Positions 28,279 through 37,132 of a stretch of DNA of 60,708 bases are shown here, piece by piece. This DNA comes from a virus (taxonomy: Duplodnaviria; Caudoviricetes). The translations under genes were made by a program, and so were the position numbers. The notes beneath the pieces were generated by a model. That model ran no database searches, was not told the DNA's origin, and saw only the letters and a list, made by a program, of their open reading frames with translations. The stretch's first letter is position 1, and every line of letters begins with the position of its first letter. Where the stretch lies: IMG/VR virus record IMGVR_UViG_3300042465_002807, positions 1-60,708 of that record; one strand, 5' to 3'.

Positions 28279-28767
28279 ATGAAATTTAATACAACTAATC
28301 TAGCAGACTTCGACCGTTATTTTGTAGGTGCAGATCGTGTTATGAAGAGGCTGGCAGATATTGCCGATCAATCTTCGCAGATGATGCCAATTAAATATCC
28401 CCCTTACAATATCAAGAAGGTCGATGAAGACCGCTACGTGATTGAACTGGCAGTTGCCGGTTTCGGTAAGTCCGAGATTGATATTGAATTACAAGAAGGT
28501 CTGTTGAGTATTCGTGGTAAAATCGACCCGGTCGATAATACCGAATACCTCTACAAAGGAATTGCCGAAAGAGGATTCAAGCGTGAATTCACTCTTGCGG
28601 ATAATGTAGAAGTAAAAAGTTCTACTCTGGTAAATGGTATGCTGAAAATTTTTCTTGAAGCATTCGTTCCAGAAGAAAAGAAAGCCAAGAAGATAGACAT
28701 TACCGATGGTGATAATGAATATCCATCACAAGCTGCCGAATTTTTAGCAGAAGGTAAAACTAAGTAA
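28279..28767 (+). CDS. hsp20: Small heat-shock protein Hsp20 (IbpA-like)
   Basis: YPPYNI, IELAVAGF, YLYKGIAERGFKREFTLAD, NGML. Confidence 0.94.
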   Translation: MKFNTTNLADFDRYFVGADRVMKRLADIADQSSQMMPIKYPPYNIKKVDEDRYVIELAVAGFGKSEIDIELQEGLLSIRGKIDPVDNTEYLYKGIAERGFKREFTLADNVEVKSSTLVNGMLKIFLEAFVPEEKKAKKIDITDGDNEYPSQAAEFLAEGKTK

Positions 28768-28865
28768 TGTTTAATCATAAGTTTATGGTGCCCGTTTCGC
28801 GGGCAGCCCATCTGGCAGTAGCAAGTTTGCTAATGTTGGTGGGTTATGCAATTTTAACTATTTAA
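28767..28865 (+). CDS. Possible 32-aa hydrophobic peptide (MFNHKFMVPVSRAAHLAVASLLMLVGYAILTI)
   Basis: TAATG coupling to hsp20; fills the gap; TM-like C-terminus. Confidence 0.45.
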   Translation: MFNHKFMVPVSRAAHLAVASLLMLVGYAILTI

Positions 28866-28875
28866 GGTGAATGCT

Positions 28876-29175
28876 ATGTCCAATATCAAATGTATAAAGC
28901 TAATCAGTGGCGAGGAAATCATCGCCGATATTGATGAAAGTGTTGAAGGTCTCGTTCTTCTGAAAAAGCCTCTATTGATTATGATGGTACCTAACCAGAA
29001 CAATCAGTTTGGTATTGGACTAGCACCCTTTTGTCCGTATGCTCAGACCGGAGATATTCCCATCCGTGCTGGTGCAGTAGTTTCCATTTTCGAACCAGAC
29101 ACTGGAATGAAGAACGAATATAATACTCGTTTCGGTAGTGGTATCGTCATTCCAGAAAGTAAGATTATCGTATGA
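28876..29175 (+). CDS. Conserved hypothetical protein (Sm-like fold candidate)
   Basis: KLISGEEIIAD and YN..FGSGIVIP pattern; typical position between hsp20 and gp43. Confidence 0.7.
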   Translation: MSNIKCIKLISGEEIIADIDESVEGLVLLKKPLLIMMVPNQNNQFGIGLAPFCPYAQTGDIPIRAGAVVSIFEPDTGMKNEYNTRFGSGIVIPESKIIV

Positions 29176-29597
29176 AATTATTTACCGCATTTCTAGTAGC
29201 CGCATCCCTAGTTGCCACACCTGCTCTAGCAGCCACCCATAATTGGAAGGTTATTAGAGTAATGGATGGTGATACGATTGAAGTCGAAGCACCATGGGTA
29301 CCAACACCACTTAAACCTGTAATTAAGATTCGTGTTCTGGGTGTAGACACCCCCGAAAAGGGCGGCCGCGCACAGTGTCCTAAGGAAGCTGCCGGTGGCG
29401 AAGCAGCAACAAACTTTACTAAGTCTGTTATCAAACCTGGTCAAGTAGTTCAGGTAGATCTTCAGGACTGGGATAAGTTTGGCGGTCGTGTGCTTGGCTA
29501 TGTCAAGTATAATGGCAAAGACTTGACACAGGAACTAATCAAGGGTGGTTTCGCCCGTGCCTATATGGGCGAAAAGAAAGCATCATGGTGCAACTAA
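29172..29597 (+). CDS. Thermonuclease (SNase-like) with a Sec signal peptide
   Basis: DGDTI, IRVLGVDTPE, DKFGGRVLGYV; signal MKLFTAFLVAASLVATPALA. Confidence 0.88.
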   Translation: MKLFTAFLVAASLVATPALAATHNWKVIRVMDGDTIEVEAPWVPTPLKPVIKIRVLGVDTPEKGGRAQCPKEAAGGEAATNFTKSVIKPGQVVQVDLQDWDKFGGRVLGYVKYNGKDLTQELIKGGFARAYMGEKKASWCN

Positions 29598-29658
29598 AAC
29601 CTCTTTACTTTTGTTATGTTTTATAGTATAGTAGTATTTGAATTGAAAAGAGGTTTAC

Positions 29659-32184
29659 ATGAAGTTTTATACCAGCGCACACCAATATGGCTCCAAGATT
29701 CTCGTTCGAGGTGTTCATAATGGTGTGCGCTTCAACCGCAGGGAAGACTTCTCTCCCGTTCTTTATGTGAAGAGCAAAGAAGAAGGTGTTCACAAGTCCT
29801 TGTATGGTGACAATCTCCAGCCGATTGAGTTTGAGAACAACAACGCAGCCAAAGAGTTTATTCAAACCTATGGTGAAGTAGATAACTTTCCTATCTATGG
29901 TCAGACAAACTTTGGTTATCAGTATATCACACATAAGTTTCCTGGTGAAATCCAGTGGGACATTAATGCACTAAAGATTGAGACTATCGATATCGAAACG
30001 AAGACCGAGTTTGGTTTTCCAGACATCAATAATCCGATTGAAGAGATTCTTCTCATCACAGTCAAAGACCTAATCTCTCGCCAGATTATTACCTATGGCT
30101 GCGGTGAGTTTGATGATGTTAACTCGGAAGAAATTCGCAACCTTCGTGCCGCTGGTAATAAGTTCCTGTATGTCAAGTGTGATGATGAGCGTGACTTGCT
30201 AGAAACTTATGTTCGATTCCATTCTGACAATCATCCAGATATCATCACTGGTTGGAACGTTGAACTTTTCGATATTGCATATCTGATTGCCCGAATTGAG
30301 CGGATGTTCAATGATGAAAACGCCACCAAGAAGAAGTTTTCTCCTTGGGGTCTAGTGCAACGTAAGAACATGAACGTCATGGGGCGTGAAATGTTTACCT
30401 ATGAAATGAAGGGCATCGCCGTTCTAGATTACCTGGACCTCTATAAGAAGTTCACGTATTCTAACCAAGAGTCTTATAAGCTAGACCATATTGCCTCTGT
30501 AGAACTTGGTAAGAACAAGCTGGAAAATCCTTATGAAAGTTTCCGTGAGTTTTATACTAAAGACTGGCAGAAGTTTGTTGAATACAACGTCCGAGACGTT
30601 GAAATCGTGGACGAACTTGAACGTAAGTTGAAGCTGATTGAACTAATTCTTACAATGGCATATGACGCCAAGTGTAATTACAATGACGTTTTCTCACAGG
30701 TTCGCACCTGGGATTGTCTTCTCTACAATCACCTGTATGATAAGAACATCCACATTCCGCAGAAGAGAGACCAGCAAGGTCGTGGTATCGAAGGTGCTTA
30801 CGTTCAAGAACCTAAGCCGGGTAAGTATGACTGGGTAGTTTCTTTCGATGCTACCTCTCTGTATCCGTCGATCATTATGCAGTATAACATGTCACCTGAA
30901 ACCATGGTAAATGGTTATGTCAAAGACACCACCGTGCGTGGACTTCTTGATAAGACCTTTGACCTTGATGACCTCAAAGCCAATGATTATTGCATGACCT
31001 CTAATGGGTATTGTTATAATCGCACGAAGCAAGGCCTGTTTCCTGAAATCGTAGAGAAGTTCTTCGGTGACCGCCAACGTTATAAGAAGTTGATGATTGC
31101 CGCGCAGAAAGAATATGAAAAGACTAAAGACGAAAAACTAAAGAACGACATCTCGAAGTATAATAACTTCCAGATGGCAAGAAAGATTCAGTTGAACTCT
31201 CTCTTTGGTGCCATGGGCAATGAATACTTCCGCTATTATGATGCTCGTGTGGCTGAAGGCATCACAATGACCGGTCAGTATATCATTCAAGAAGTTGGTA
31301 AAGCACTTGACGTTTATCTCAACAAGGTCGTAGGAACAAATGGACACAACTACTCTTTCTACAGCGATACTGATTCTTGTTACATTTCCCTGGAGCCTCT
31401 TGTTAGTAAGTTTTATCCTGATATGGACCGCGATAAACTCATTGGCGTTCTCGATAAAATCTGCGAAGAGAAAATCACAGAGGCAATCAACAAGAGTTGT
31501 GATGGACTTGCGAACTACACGAACGCATTTCAAAAGAAGATTATCTTCAAACGTGAAGCAATCGCGGAACGTGGCATCTGGGTTGCAAAGAAAAGGTATG
31601 CGCTTAATGTCTATGACAACGAAGGGGTCCGCTACAAAGAGCCAAAGCTCAAGGTCATGGGTCTCGAAATCGTCCGCTCGTCTACGCCCGCGCCGGTTCG
31701 CACGAGCCTCAAAGAAGCCGTCAGACTCTGCCTGACTTCCGACGAAGCAACTCTACAGAAGTTCATTGAAGAAACCCGCGATGCCTTCTACAAGATGTCG
31801 CCAGAAGAGATTGCATTCCCGCGTGGTGTCAATGGGCTGTCTAAGTATACATCTACGGCTGATATTTATGGCAAGGGGACACCGATGCATGTTCGAGGTG
31901 CCTTGATGTATAACCATATGATCAAGAAAGCCAACCTTGATAGGAAGTATGAATTGATTCAAGAAGGTGAGAAGATTAAATTTCTTTATCTAAAAGAGCC
32001 AAATACAATGCATGAAAATTGTATCGCTTTTCTTGGAATCCTTCCAAAAGAGCTTGACATCCACAGGTATATAGACTATAAGATGATGTTCCAGAAAGCA
32101 TTTCTTGACCCACTTAACATGATTGTCGGTGGCCTTGGTTGGTCTACTGAGAAAAAAGCAACATTAGAGGACTTATTCGCATGA
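29659..32184 (+). CDS. gp43: Family B DNA polymerase (gp43)
   Basis: DIET exonuclease, SFDATSLYPSII, KIQLNSLFG, YSDTDS, C-terminal clamp-binding TLEDLF. Confidence 0.98.
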   Translation: MKFYTSAHQYGSKILVRGVHNGVRFNRREDFSPVLYVKSKEEGVHKSLYGDNLQPIEFENNNAAKEFIQTYGEVDNFPIYGQTNFGYQYITHKFPGEIQWDINALKIETIDIETKTEFGFPDINNPIEEILLITVKDLISRQIITYGCGEFDDVNSEEIRNLRAAGNKFLYVKCDDERDLLETYVRFHSDNHPDIITGWNVELFDIAYLIARIERMFNDENATKKKFSPWGLVQRKNMNVMGREMFTYEMKGIAVLDYLDLYKKFTYSNQESYKLDHIASVELGKNKLENPYESFREFYTKDWQKFVEYNVRDVEIVDELERKLKLIELILTMAYDAKCNYNDVFSQVRTWDCLLYNHLYDKNIHIPQKRDQQGRGIEGAYVQEPKPGKYDWVVSFDATSLYPSIIMQYNMSPETMVNGYVKDTTVRGLLDKTFDLDDLKANDYCMTSNGYCYNRTKQGLFPEIVEKFFGDRQRYKKLMIAAQKEYEKTKDEKLKNDISKYNNFQMARKIQLNSLFGAMGNEYFRYYDARVAEGITMTGQYIIQEVGKALDVYLNKVVGTNGHNYSFYSDTDSCYISLEPLVSKFYPDMDRDKLIGVLDKICEEKITEAINKSCDGLANYTNAFQKKIIFKREAIAERGIWVAKKRYALNVYDNEGVRYKEPKLKVMGLEIVRSSTPAPVRTSLKEAVRLCLTSDEATLQKFIEETRDAFYKMSPEEIAFPRGVNGLSKYTSTADIYGKGTPMHVRGALMYNHMIKKANLDRKYELIQEGEKIKFLYLKEPNTMHENCIAFLGILPKELDIHRYIDYKMMFQKAFLDPLNMIVGGLGWSTEKKATLEDLFA

Positions 32185-33245
32185 ACGCACTACTTGACAA
32201 ACTAAGAAAGAATAGCACAATCAAAGAAACCAATGTGCTATCAGAAAGCAAACTGTTTAGCACTAAGGATTTAATCCAGACTTCTGTTCCCGCATTGAAT
32301 GTGGCTCTGTCTGGTAAGTTAGATGGTGGTCTGACACCTGGACTGACCATCTTTGCTGGTCCATCGAAGCACTTCAAGACAGCGTTTGCTATGATGCTAG
32401 TGAAGAGTTTCTTGGACAAGTATGATGATGGTATTGTTCTGTTCTATGACTCGGAGTTTGGTGCTCCTCAGTCATACTTTGAGAACTTTGGTATTGATAC
32501 TGGTAAGGTTGTTCATACTCCCATTACCGATATCGAACAATTGAAGCACGATATCATGAAGCAAGTCAACGAAATTGAGCGCAAGGATCGTGTCATGATT
32601 GTTGTTGACTCTGTTGGTAACCTTGCTTCTAAGAAAGAAGTTGATGATGCTCTAGATGGCAAGTCTGTTGCAGATATGACTCGTGCCAAGCAGATGAAGT
32701 CTCTCTTCCGTATGATTACGCCACACCTTACCATCAAGGACATTCCTATGGTAGTTGTCAATCATACTTACATGGAAATCGGTATGTTCCCGAAAGCCAT
32801 TGTCTCTGGTGGTACAGGCATCTACTACTCGGCCGACAATATCTTTATCATTGGTCGCCAACAAGAGAAGCAAGGTACCGAGATTATCGGTTACAACTTC
32901 ATCATCAACGTAGAGAAGTCTCGTTACGTCCGTGAGAAGTCCAAGATTCCTATCGAAGTTACCTTCGAAGGTGGTATCAGCAAGTGGTCTGGTCTACTAG
33001 ACATTGCTCTTGAAAGTGGTCACGTAATCAAGCCTTCTAACGGTTGGTACCAGCTGGCCACAGAAGAAAAGAAGTATCGCTTGAATGATACATACAACAA
33101 GGAATTCTGGCTGCCAGTGTTGACTGACCCAACCTTTAGTGAGTGGGTTGAGAAGCGGTATCGTATGGCTGGTGGACAAATGATGGAGGGTGAAAATGTG
33201 GAAATTCCTGACGAAGATATTTCAGAAGAATACGAAAATCTGTGA
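32181..33245 (+). CDS. uvsX: RecA-like recombinase UvsX
   Basis: AGPSKHFKT, FYDSEFG, DSVGNLASKKE. Confidence 0.96.
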   Translation: MNALLDKLRKNSTIKETNVLSESKLFSTKDLIQTSVPALNVALSGKLDGGLTPGLTIFAGPSKHFKTAFAMMLVKSFLDKYDDGIVLFYDSEFGAPQSYFENFGIDTGKVVHTPITDIEQLKHDIMKQVNEIERKDRVMIVVDSVGNLASKKEVDDALDGKSVADMTRAKQMKSLFRMITPHLTIKDIPMVVVNHTYMEIGMFPKAIVSGGTGIYYSADNIFIIGRQQEKQGTEIIGYNFIINVEKSRYVREKSKIPIEVTFEGGISKWSGLLDIALESGHVIKPSNGWYQLATEEKKYRLNDTYNKEFWLPVLTDPTFSEWVEKRYRMAGGQMMEGENVEIPDEDISEEYENL

Positions 33246-33417
33246 CCAATGTGGTTGCGGCATCAATCCTAAGAAAGATGCCGCAATCTGTCTTCATGGT
33301 TCAGAACATGGCCTAACTTTTGAGAAGTGGGTCTGTGAAGATTGTTGCATGAAGATTGCTAATGAGTATGAAGAATATTTTGAACTAGAGGATGCGGCAG
33401 TTGCAGAAGAAAATTGA
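33196..33417 (+). CDS. Small zinc-finger-like hypothetical protein
   Basis: CDQC...CEDC, GGAGG RBS; overlaps uvsX and gp41. Confidence 0.55.
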   Translation: MWKFLTKIFQKNTKICDQCGCGINPKKDAAICLHGSEHGLTFEKWVCEDCCMKIANEYEEYFELEDAAVAEEN

Positions 33418-34789
33418 AACTATTATCCTAAGTAAGTTGATTTCGGATGAGGATTACCTGCGTAAGGTAATCCCATTCCTTAAAGACGAGTATTTCTCCG
33501 ATAACGCCGAGAAGTTAATCTACCGTTACATCAATGAGTTTGTGACAAAATACAATTCACTTCCGACAATTGATGCCATTAACATTGCCCTACAGAATGA
33601 CCGCAAGGTAAATGAGAAAGAGTATCAGCATGTTACCGAAACTCTGACTGCACTTGATGATGACGTAGATGCCAATGAGAAGTGGCTTCTAGACCAGACT
33701 GAAAAGTTCTGTAAAGACCGAGCGGTGTATAATGCCATCATGCAATCTATTCAGATTATCGATGGTGAAGATAAGGTTCATTCGCAAGATGGTATTCCAT
33801 CCATTCTTCAAGATGCCCTGTCCGTGGGGTTCGACAACAACGTAGGCCATGACTACATTGATAACGCCGAAGAACGTTTTGATTTCTATCACCGCGCAGA
33901 AACCAAGCTGCCGTTTGACCTTGAAATGTTTAACAAGATTACCAATGGTGGTCTGCCGAACAAGACATTGAACATTGCTCTTGCTGGTACTGGGGTTGGT
34001 AAGTCGCTGTTCATGTGTCACATGGCTGCAGGTGCCTTGGGTCAGAACAAGAACGTTCTGTATATCACCATGGAAATGGCAGAAGAACGTATCGCAGAAC
34101 GTATTGACGCCAACTTAATGAACGTCAACATCCAAGAACTCAAGGACCTGTCCAAGTCTATGTTCGACCAACGCATTGCTAAGATACGTTCGAAGACAGA
34201 AGGTCGTTTGATTGTCAAAGAATATCCAACAGCCAGCGCCCATGTCGGTCACTTCAAGGCACTGTTGAACGAACTCCAGTTGAAGCGAAACTTTAAACCA
34301 GATGTCATCTTCATTGACTATCTGAATATCTGTGCCTCTAGTCGCTACAAGGCTTCGTCTGGGGCTAACTCCTACACTGTCATTAAGGGTATCGCAGAAG
34401 AACTCCGTGGTCTGGCTGTAGAGTTTGATTTGCCAATCGTCTCGGCTACTCAGACAACCCGTAGTGGTTATGCCAACTCCGACGTTGAACTGACAGACAC
34501 ATCGGAATCATTTGGTCTACCAGCAACCGCTGACTTGATGTTTGCCCTAATTGCAACAGAAGAACTCGACAAGATGGGTCAGTTGATGATTAAACAGTTG
34601 AAGAATCGTTACAACGACCCTGGAATGAACAAGCGTTTCATGGTTGGTATTGACCGAGGCAAGATGAAGTTGTATGACTTGGAAGAAGAAGCCCAGTCTG
34701 GCATCATGGACTCTGGTCAAGATGACGTTCCCGTGTTTGAAAATACTACGATTGGTAAGCGGAGAGATTTTTCAAAATTTGATTTTTGA
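33392..34789 (+). CDS. gp41: Replicative DnaB-like helicase (gp41)
   Basis: AGTGVGKS, IDYLNIC, SATQTTRSG, SESFGLPATAD. Confidence 0.96.
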   Translation: MRQLQKKIETIILSKLISDEDYLRKVIPFLKDEYFSDNAEKLIYRYINEFVTKYNSLPTIDAINIALQNDRKVNEKEYQHVTETLTALDDDVDANEKWLLDQTEKFCKDRAVYNAIMQSIQIIDGEDKVHSQDGIPSILQDALSVGFDNNVGHDYIDNAEERFDFYHRAETKLPFDLEMFNKITNGGLPNKTLNIALAGTGVGKSLFMCHMAAGALGQNKNVLYITMEMAEERIAERIDANLMNVNIQELKDLSKSMFDQRIAKIRSKTEGRLIVKEYPTASAHVGHFKALLNELQLKRNFKPDVIFIDYLNICASSRYKASSGANSYTVIKGIAEELRGLAVEFDLPIVSATQTTRSGYANSDVELTDTSESFGLPATADLMFALIATEELDKMGQLMIKQLKNRYNDPGMNKRFMVGIDRGKMKLYDLEEEAQSGIMDSGQDDVPVFENTTIGKRRDFSKFDF

Positions 34790-34827
34790 CTTGACAAACC
34801 GTTATAAATGTAGTATAAAATAGTTAT

Positions 34828-34905
34828 GCGCCGTTAGCTCATCTGGATCAGAGCGCGAGACTTCTAATCTTGAGGCAGCAGGTTCGAGTCCTGCACGGCG
34901 CACCA
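34828..34905 (+). tRNA. tRNA-Arg (anticodon UCU)
   Basis: Acceptor GCGCCGT/ACGGCGC, anticodon arm CGAGA-CTTCTAA-TCTTG, GGTTCGAGTCC T-arm, encoded CCA; upstream promoter TTGACA(34791)-17-TATAAA. Confidence 0.95.
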
Positions 34906-34921
34906 GTTTTTAGGAAATAAT

Positions 34922-35272
34922 ATGGACGAATTGAATCTAAAACTTGTAGTATCGTCATTTGTTTGGGCAAATGTGGGTAGTCAGAGTATGCCTCTATGGA
35001 AAACAATGGGTGGTAAAGAATACATTGTCAAATATTTCCGGGGTGAACCAACCTTCGAAATGATTAATGAGGAACTTGACAAAGTTGCCCACATGTTTGA
35101 GGGTGGCGATGCATTCACAAGAGAAACCGTTGCTGGCTTTGAAGTTTATTTCGCAGATGCACCGACCAATTCTGAAACATTTCAAGTCAATCTAAATGGC
35201 GCTATCGATTTTCCACCTATAGACCTCAGCGCGGTGGATGTCACCGAAGAATTGGATGCCATACTGCCATAA
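34922..35272 (+). CDS. Hypothetical protein
   Basis: AGGA RBS; W...GG.EY pattern. Confidence 0.6.
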   Translation: MDELNLKLVVSSFVWANVGSQSMPLWKTMGGKEYIVKYFRGEPTFEMINEELDKVAHMFEGGDAFTRETVAGFEVYFADAPTNSETFQVNLNGAIDFPPIDLSAVDVTEELDAILP

Positions 35273-35281
35273 AAATACCGC

Positions 35282-35358
35282 TTGACATTTCCTCAGAATA
35301 TGCTACTATAAAATAGTAGACAGAAAAGAGAAAATGTGATTCGAAAATGTTATAAATA
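35282..35358 (+). promoter_or_regulatory. Copy of the P4 promoter/leader (P6) followed by late promoter TATAAATA (35351-35358)
   Basis: TTGACA-16-TACTAT; AAAATAGTAGACAGAA..GAGAAA..GTGATTCG shared with 22622-22653. Confidence 0.65.
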
Positions 35359-35386
35359 TAGGGTAATTTATAGAGATGGAAACCCT

Positions 35387-36523
35387 ATGTTATCTTTCAG
35401 TCAATTTCTTTCAGAGGAAAAGAAGCCAGCAGCTGGCATTCAACACATTGAACATCCGTCGGATAGAACATTCGATAATAAAGACGCTGCACACCACGCA
35501 TTGGAAACTCTGCGTGGTGTTGCGCATGGGAAAACGCCTATCACTCGCAAGATTGATGATAGAATGTCCTTTCATGCCGTGCGCACACCAGATGGTAAAG
35601 TCGGCGTAAAGTATAAGGGTCCAGGCGCCCACTATAATTTCTCTGCATCTGATATCGACAAGCAACATGGTCATAAACCATATCTTGTTGGTCCAATGAA
35701 GGCTTTACATAAGCACTTGGGTAAAGTTTTACCTAAGCATCCTGGTGAATATCAGGGTGGCTATATGAGTGAACCACATAACCGCGAAGTTAAAGATGGT
35801 CATATCGGCCACACACCTAACACCATTGAATATCATGCACCACTCCATAGCGAAGAAGGTCAAAAACTACACAAGTCTAAAGTAAGTATGACTATTCATA
35901 CTGAATTGAAGGGTGAACATAAGACACCTCATCCCATCACTAGCACCACGCACTTCCAAAGCCATCCAGACGTTCACATGGTACAGCATCTTGTGGCACC
36001 ACATGAACGTAAACTTTCTTCCGAAGTAAAGTCATCGGCTGAACACCATTTGAACTCGGCAGAAAAGTTGATGAAAGACCACTCGTATCATCATCTTTCA
36101 GGTCACGAAATACATCTCCGCTCTTACGTCAATAAGACTGTTACTAGTGGTGAAACACCATCTGTTGGTGGATATAAGAAGCACCTCGAAGCTGTTCATC
36201 AAAAGAGAATTGATGGCGTAAAGACTGCCGCCGCTAAAGAGCGTAAAGCGGAAGCAATGAAGGTTGATGTTTCTCATGTCACGAAAAACAAATCTGCTTT
36301 CGAAAAATCACTGGCTATTCACCATCATCTACAACAAGCAACTAATCATCTAGCACGTGGTCTTGACCATGCTGGTGGGGGTGGATTCCACACTCGTATC
36401 AGTGGTAAGGCATCCGGTGGCGAAGGTTATGTTGCCAATGGTCTGAAGGTTGTTGACCGCGAAGGCTTCTCAAAAGCTAACCGAGAGCGTAGTGCAATTC
36501 TAAGAGCAAGCAAGGGTAAATAA
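35387..36523 (+). CDS. His-rich DUF6267-like protein (possible degenerate ligase/nucleotidyltransferase fold) with a capsid-targeting-like N-terminus
   Basis: MLSFSQFLSEE start; HIEHP.D, TRKIDD, YQGG, TPNTIEY, GEGYV..LKVVDREGFS.AN; typical pairing with a cytidylyltransferase. Confidence 0.65.
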   Translation: MLSFSQFLSEEKKPAAGIQHIEHPSDRTFDNKDAAHHALETLRGVAHGKTPITRKIDDRMSFHAVRTPDGKVGVKYKGPGAHYNFSASDIDKQHGHKPYLVGPMKALHKHLGKVLPKHPGEYQGGYMSEPHNREVKDGHIGHTPNTIEYHAPLHSEEGQKLHKSKVSMTIHTELKGEHKTPHPITSTTHFQSHPDVHMVQHLVAPHERKLSSEVKSSAEHHLNSAEKLMKDHSYHHLSGHEIHLRSYVNKTVTSGETPSVGGYKKHLEAVHQKRIDGVKTAAAKERKAEAMKVDVSHVTKNKSAFEKSLAIHHHLQQATNHLARGLDHAGGGGFHTRISGKASGGEGYVANGLKVVDREGFSKANRERSAILRASKGK

Positions 36524-37131
36524 TGGCTGACGTTCATCATCATATCACACAAGGTAGAATGAACCCAATCACCGTTGGTCATGAAGCCGTTGTCAATCAG
36601 GTTCGTAAGACTGCTGGCTCACACGGTCACACCATCGTTCTTACTGGCACACATGATGCCAAGAAAAATCCTCTATCGCCAGAACAGAAGTTGAAGCATG
36701 CCAAGAGAGCATTTCCTGGTGCTAATGTTCGTCTGCTAGATAAAGAACATCCAACTCTATTGCACCAACTGTCAAGGTTGCACAAGCAGGGCGTCACACA
36801 TTTGCACTTGCACGTTGGTTCGGACCGAGCCCATGAGTTTCATGCGCTGACACATAAGTATAATGGTAAAGAAGGTCGTCACGGTCATTACGACTTCAAA
36901 AAGATTACTATTCATACAGTAGGTAAAGAGCGTTCGGATGCCGACACTGGTGTGGCAGGCGCTTCTGGTACGAAGATGCGCCAACATGCATCTGCTGGTA
37001 ATGAAAAAGAATTTCATAAGATGGCACCTAGTGCCATGTCTACTAAACATAAGCACGAACTCTACAAAGATGTTCGCCATGGTATGGGGCTCCATGAAGC
37101 AATGTCCTTCAAGAACTTTCTAGGAGTCTAA
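36523..37131 (+). CDS. His-rich cytidylyltransferase-like (HIGH-fold) nucleotidyltransferase
   Basis: GRMNPITVGH, KNPL, VGSDR, SGTKMR. Confidence 0.8.
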   Translation: MADVHHHITQGRMNPITVGHEAVVNQVRKTAGSHGHTIVLTGTHDAKKNPLSPEQKLKHAKRAFPGANVRLLDKEHPTLLHQLSRLHKQGVTHLHLHVGSDRAHEFHALTHKYNGKEGRHGHYDFKKITIHTVGKERSDADTGVAGASGTKMRQHASAGNEKEFHKMAPSAMSTKHKHELYKDVRHGMGLHEAMSFKNFLGV

Positions 37132-37132
37132 A

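Noticed and set aside
29659-32184. Possible introns or inteins in gp43 (also checked gp17, gp41, nrdA)
   Set aside because: ORFs are continuous and of ordinary length, with no intein-like insertions seen
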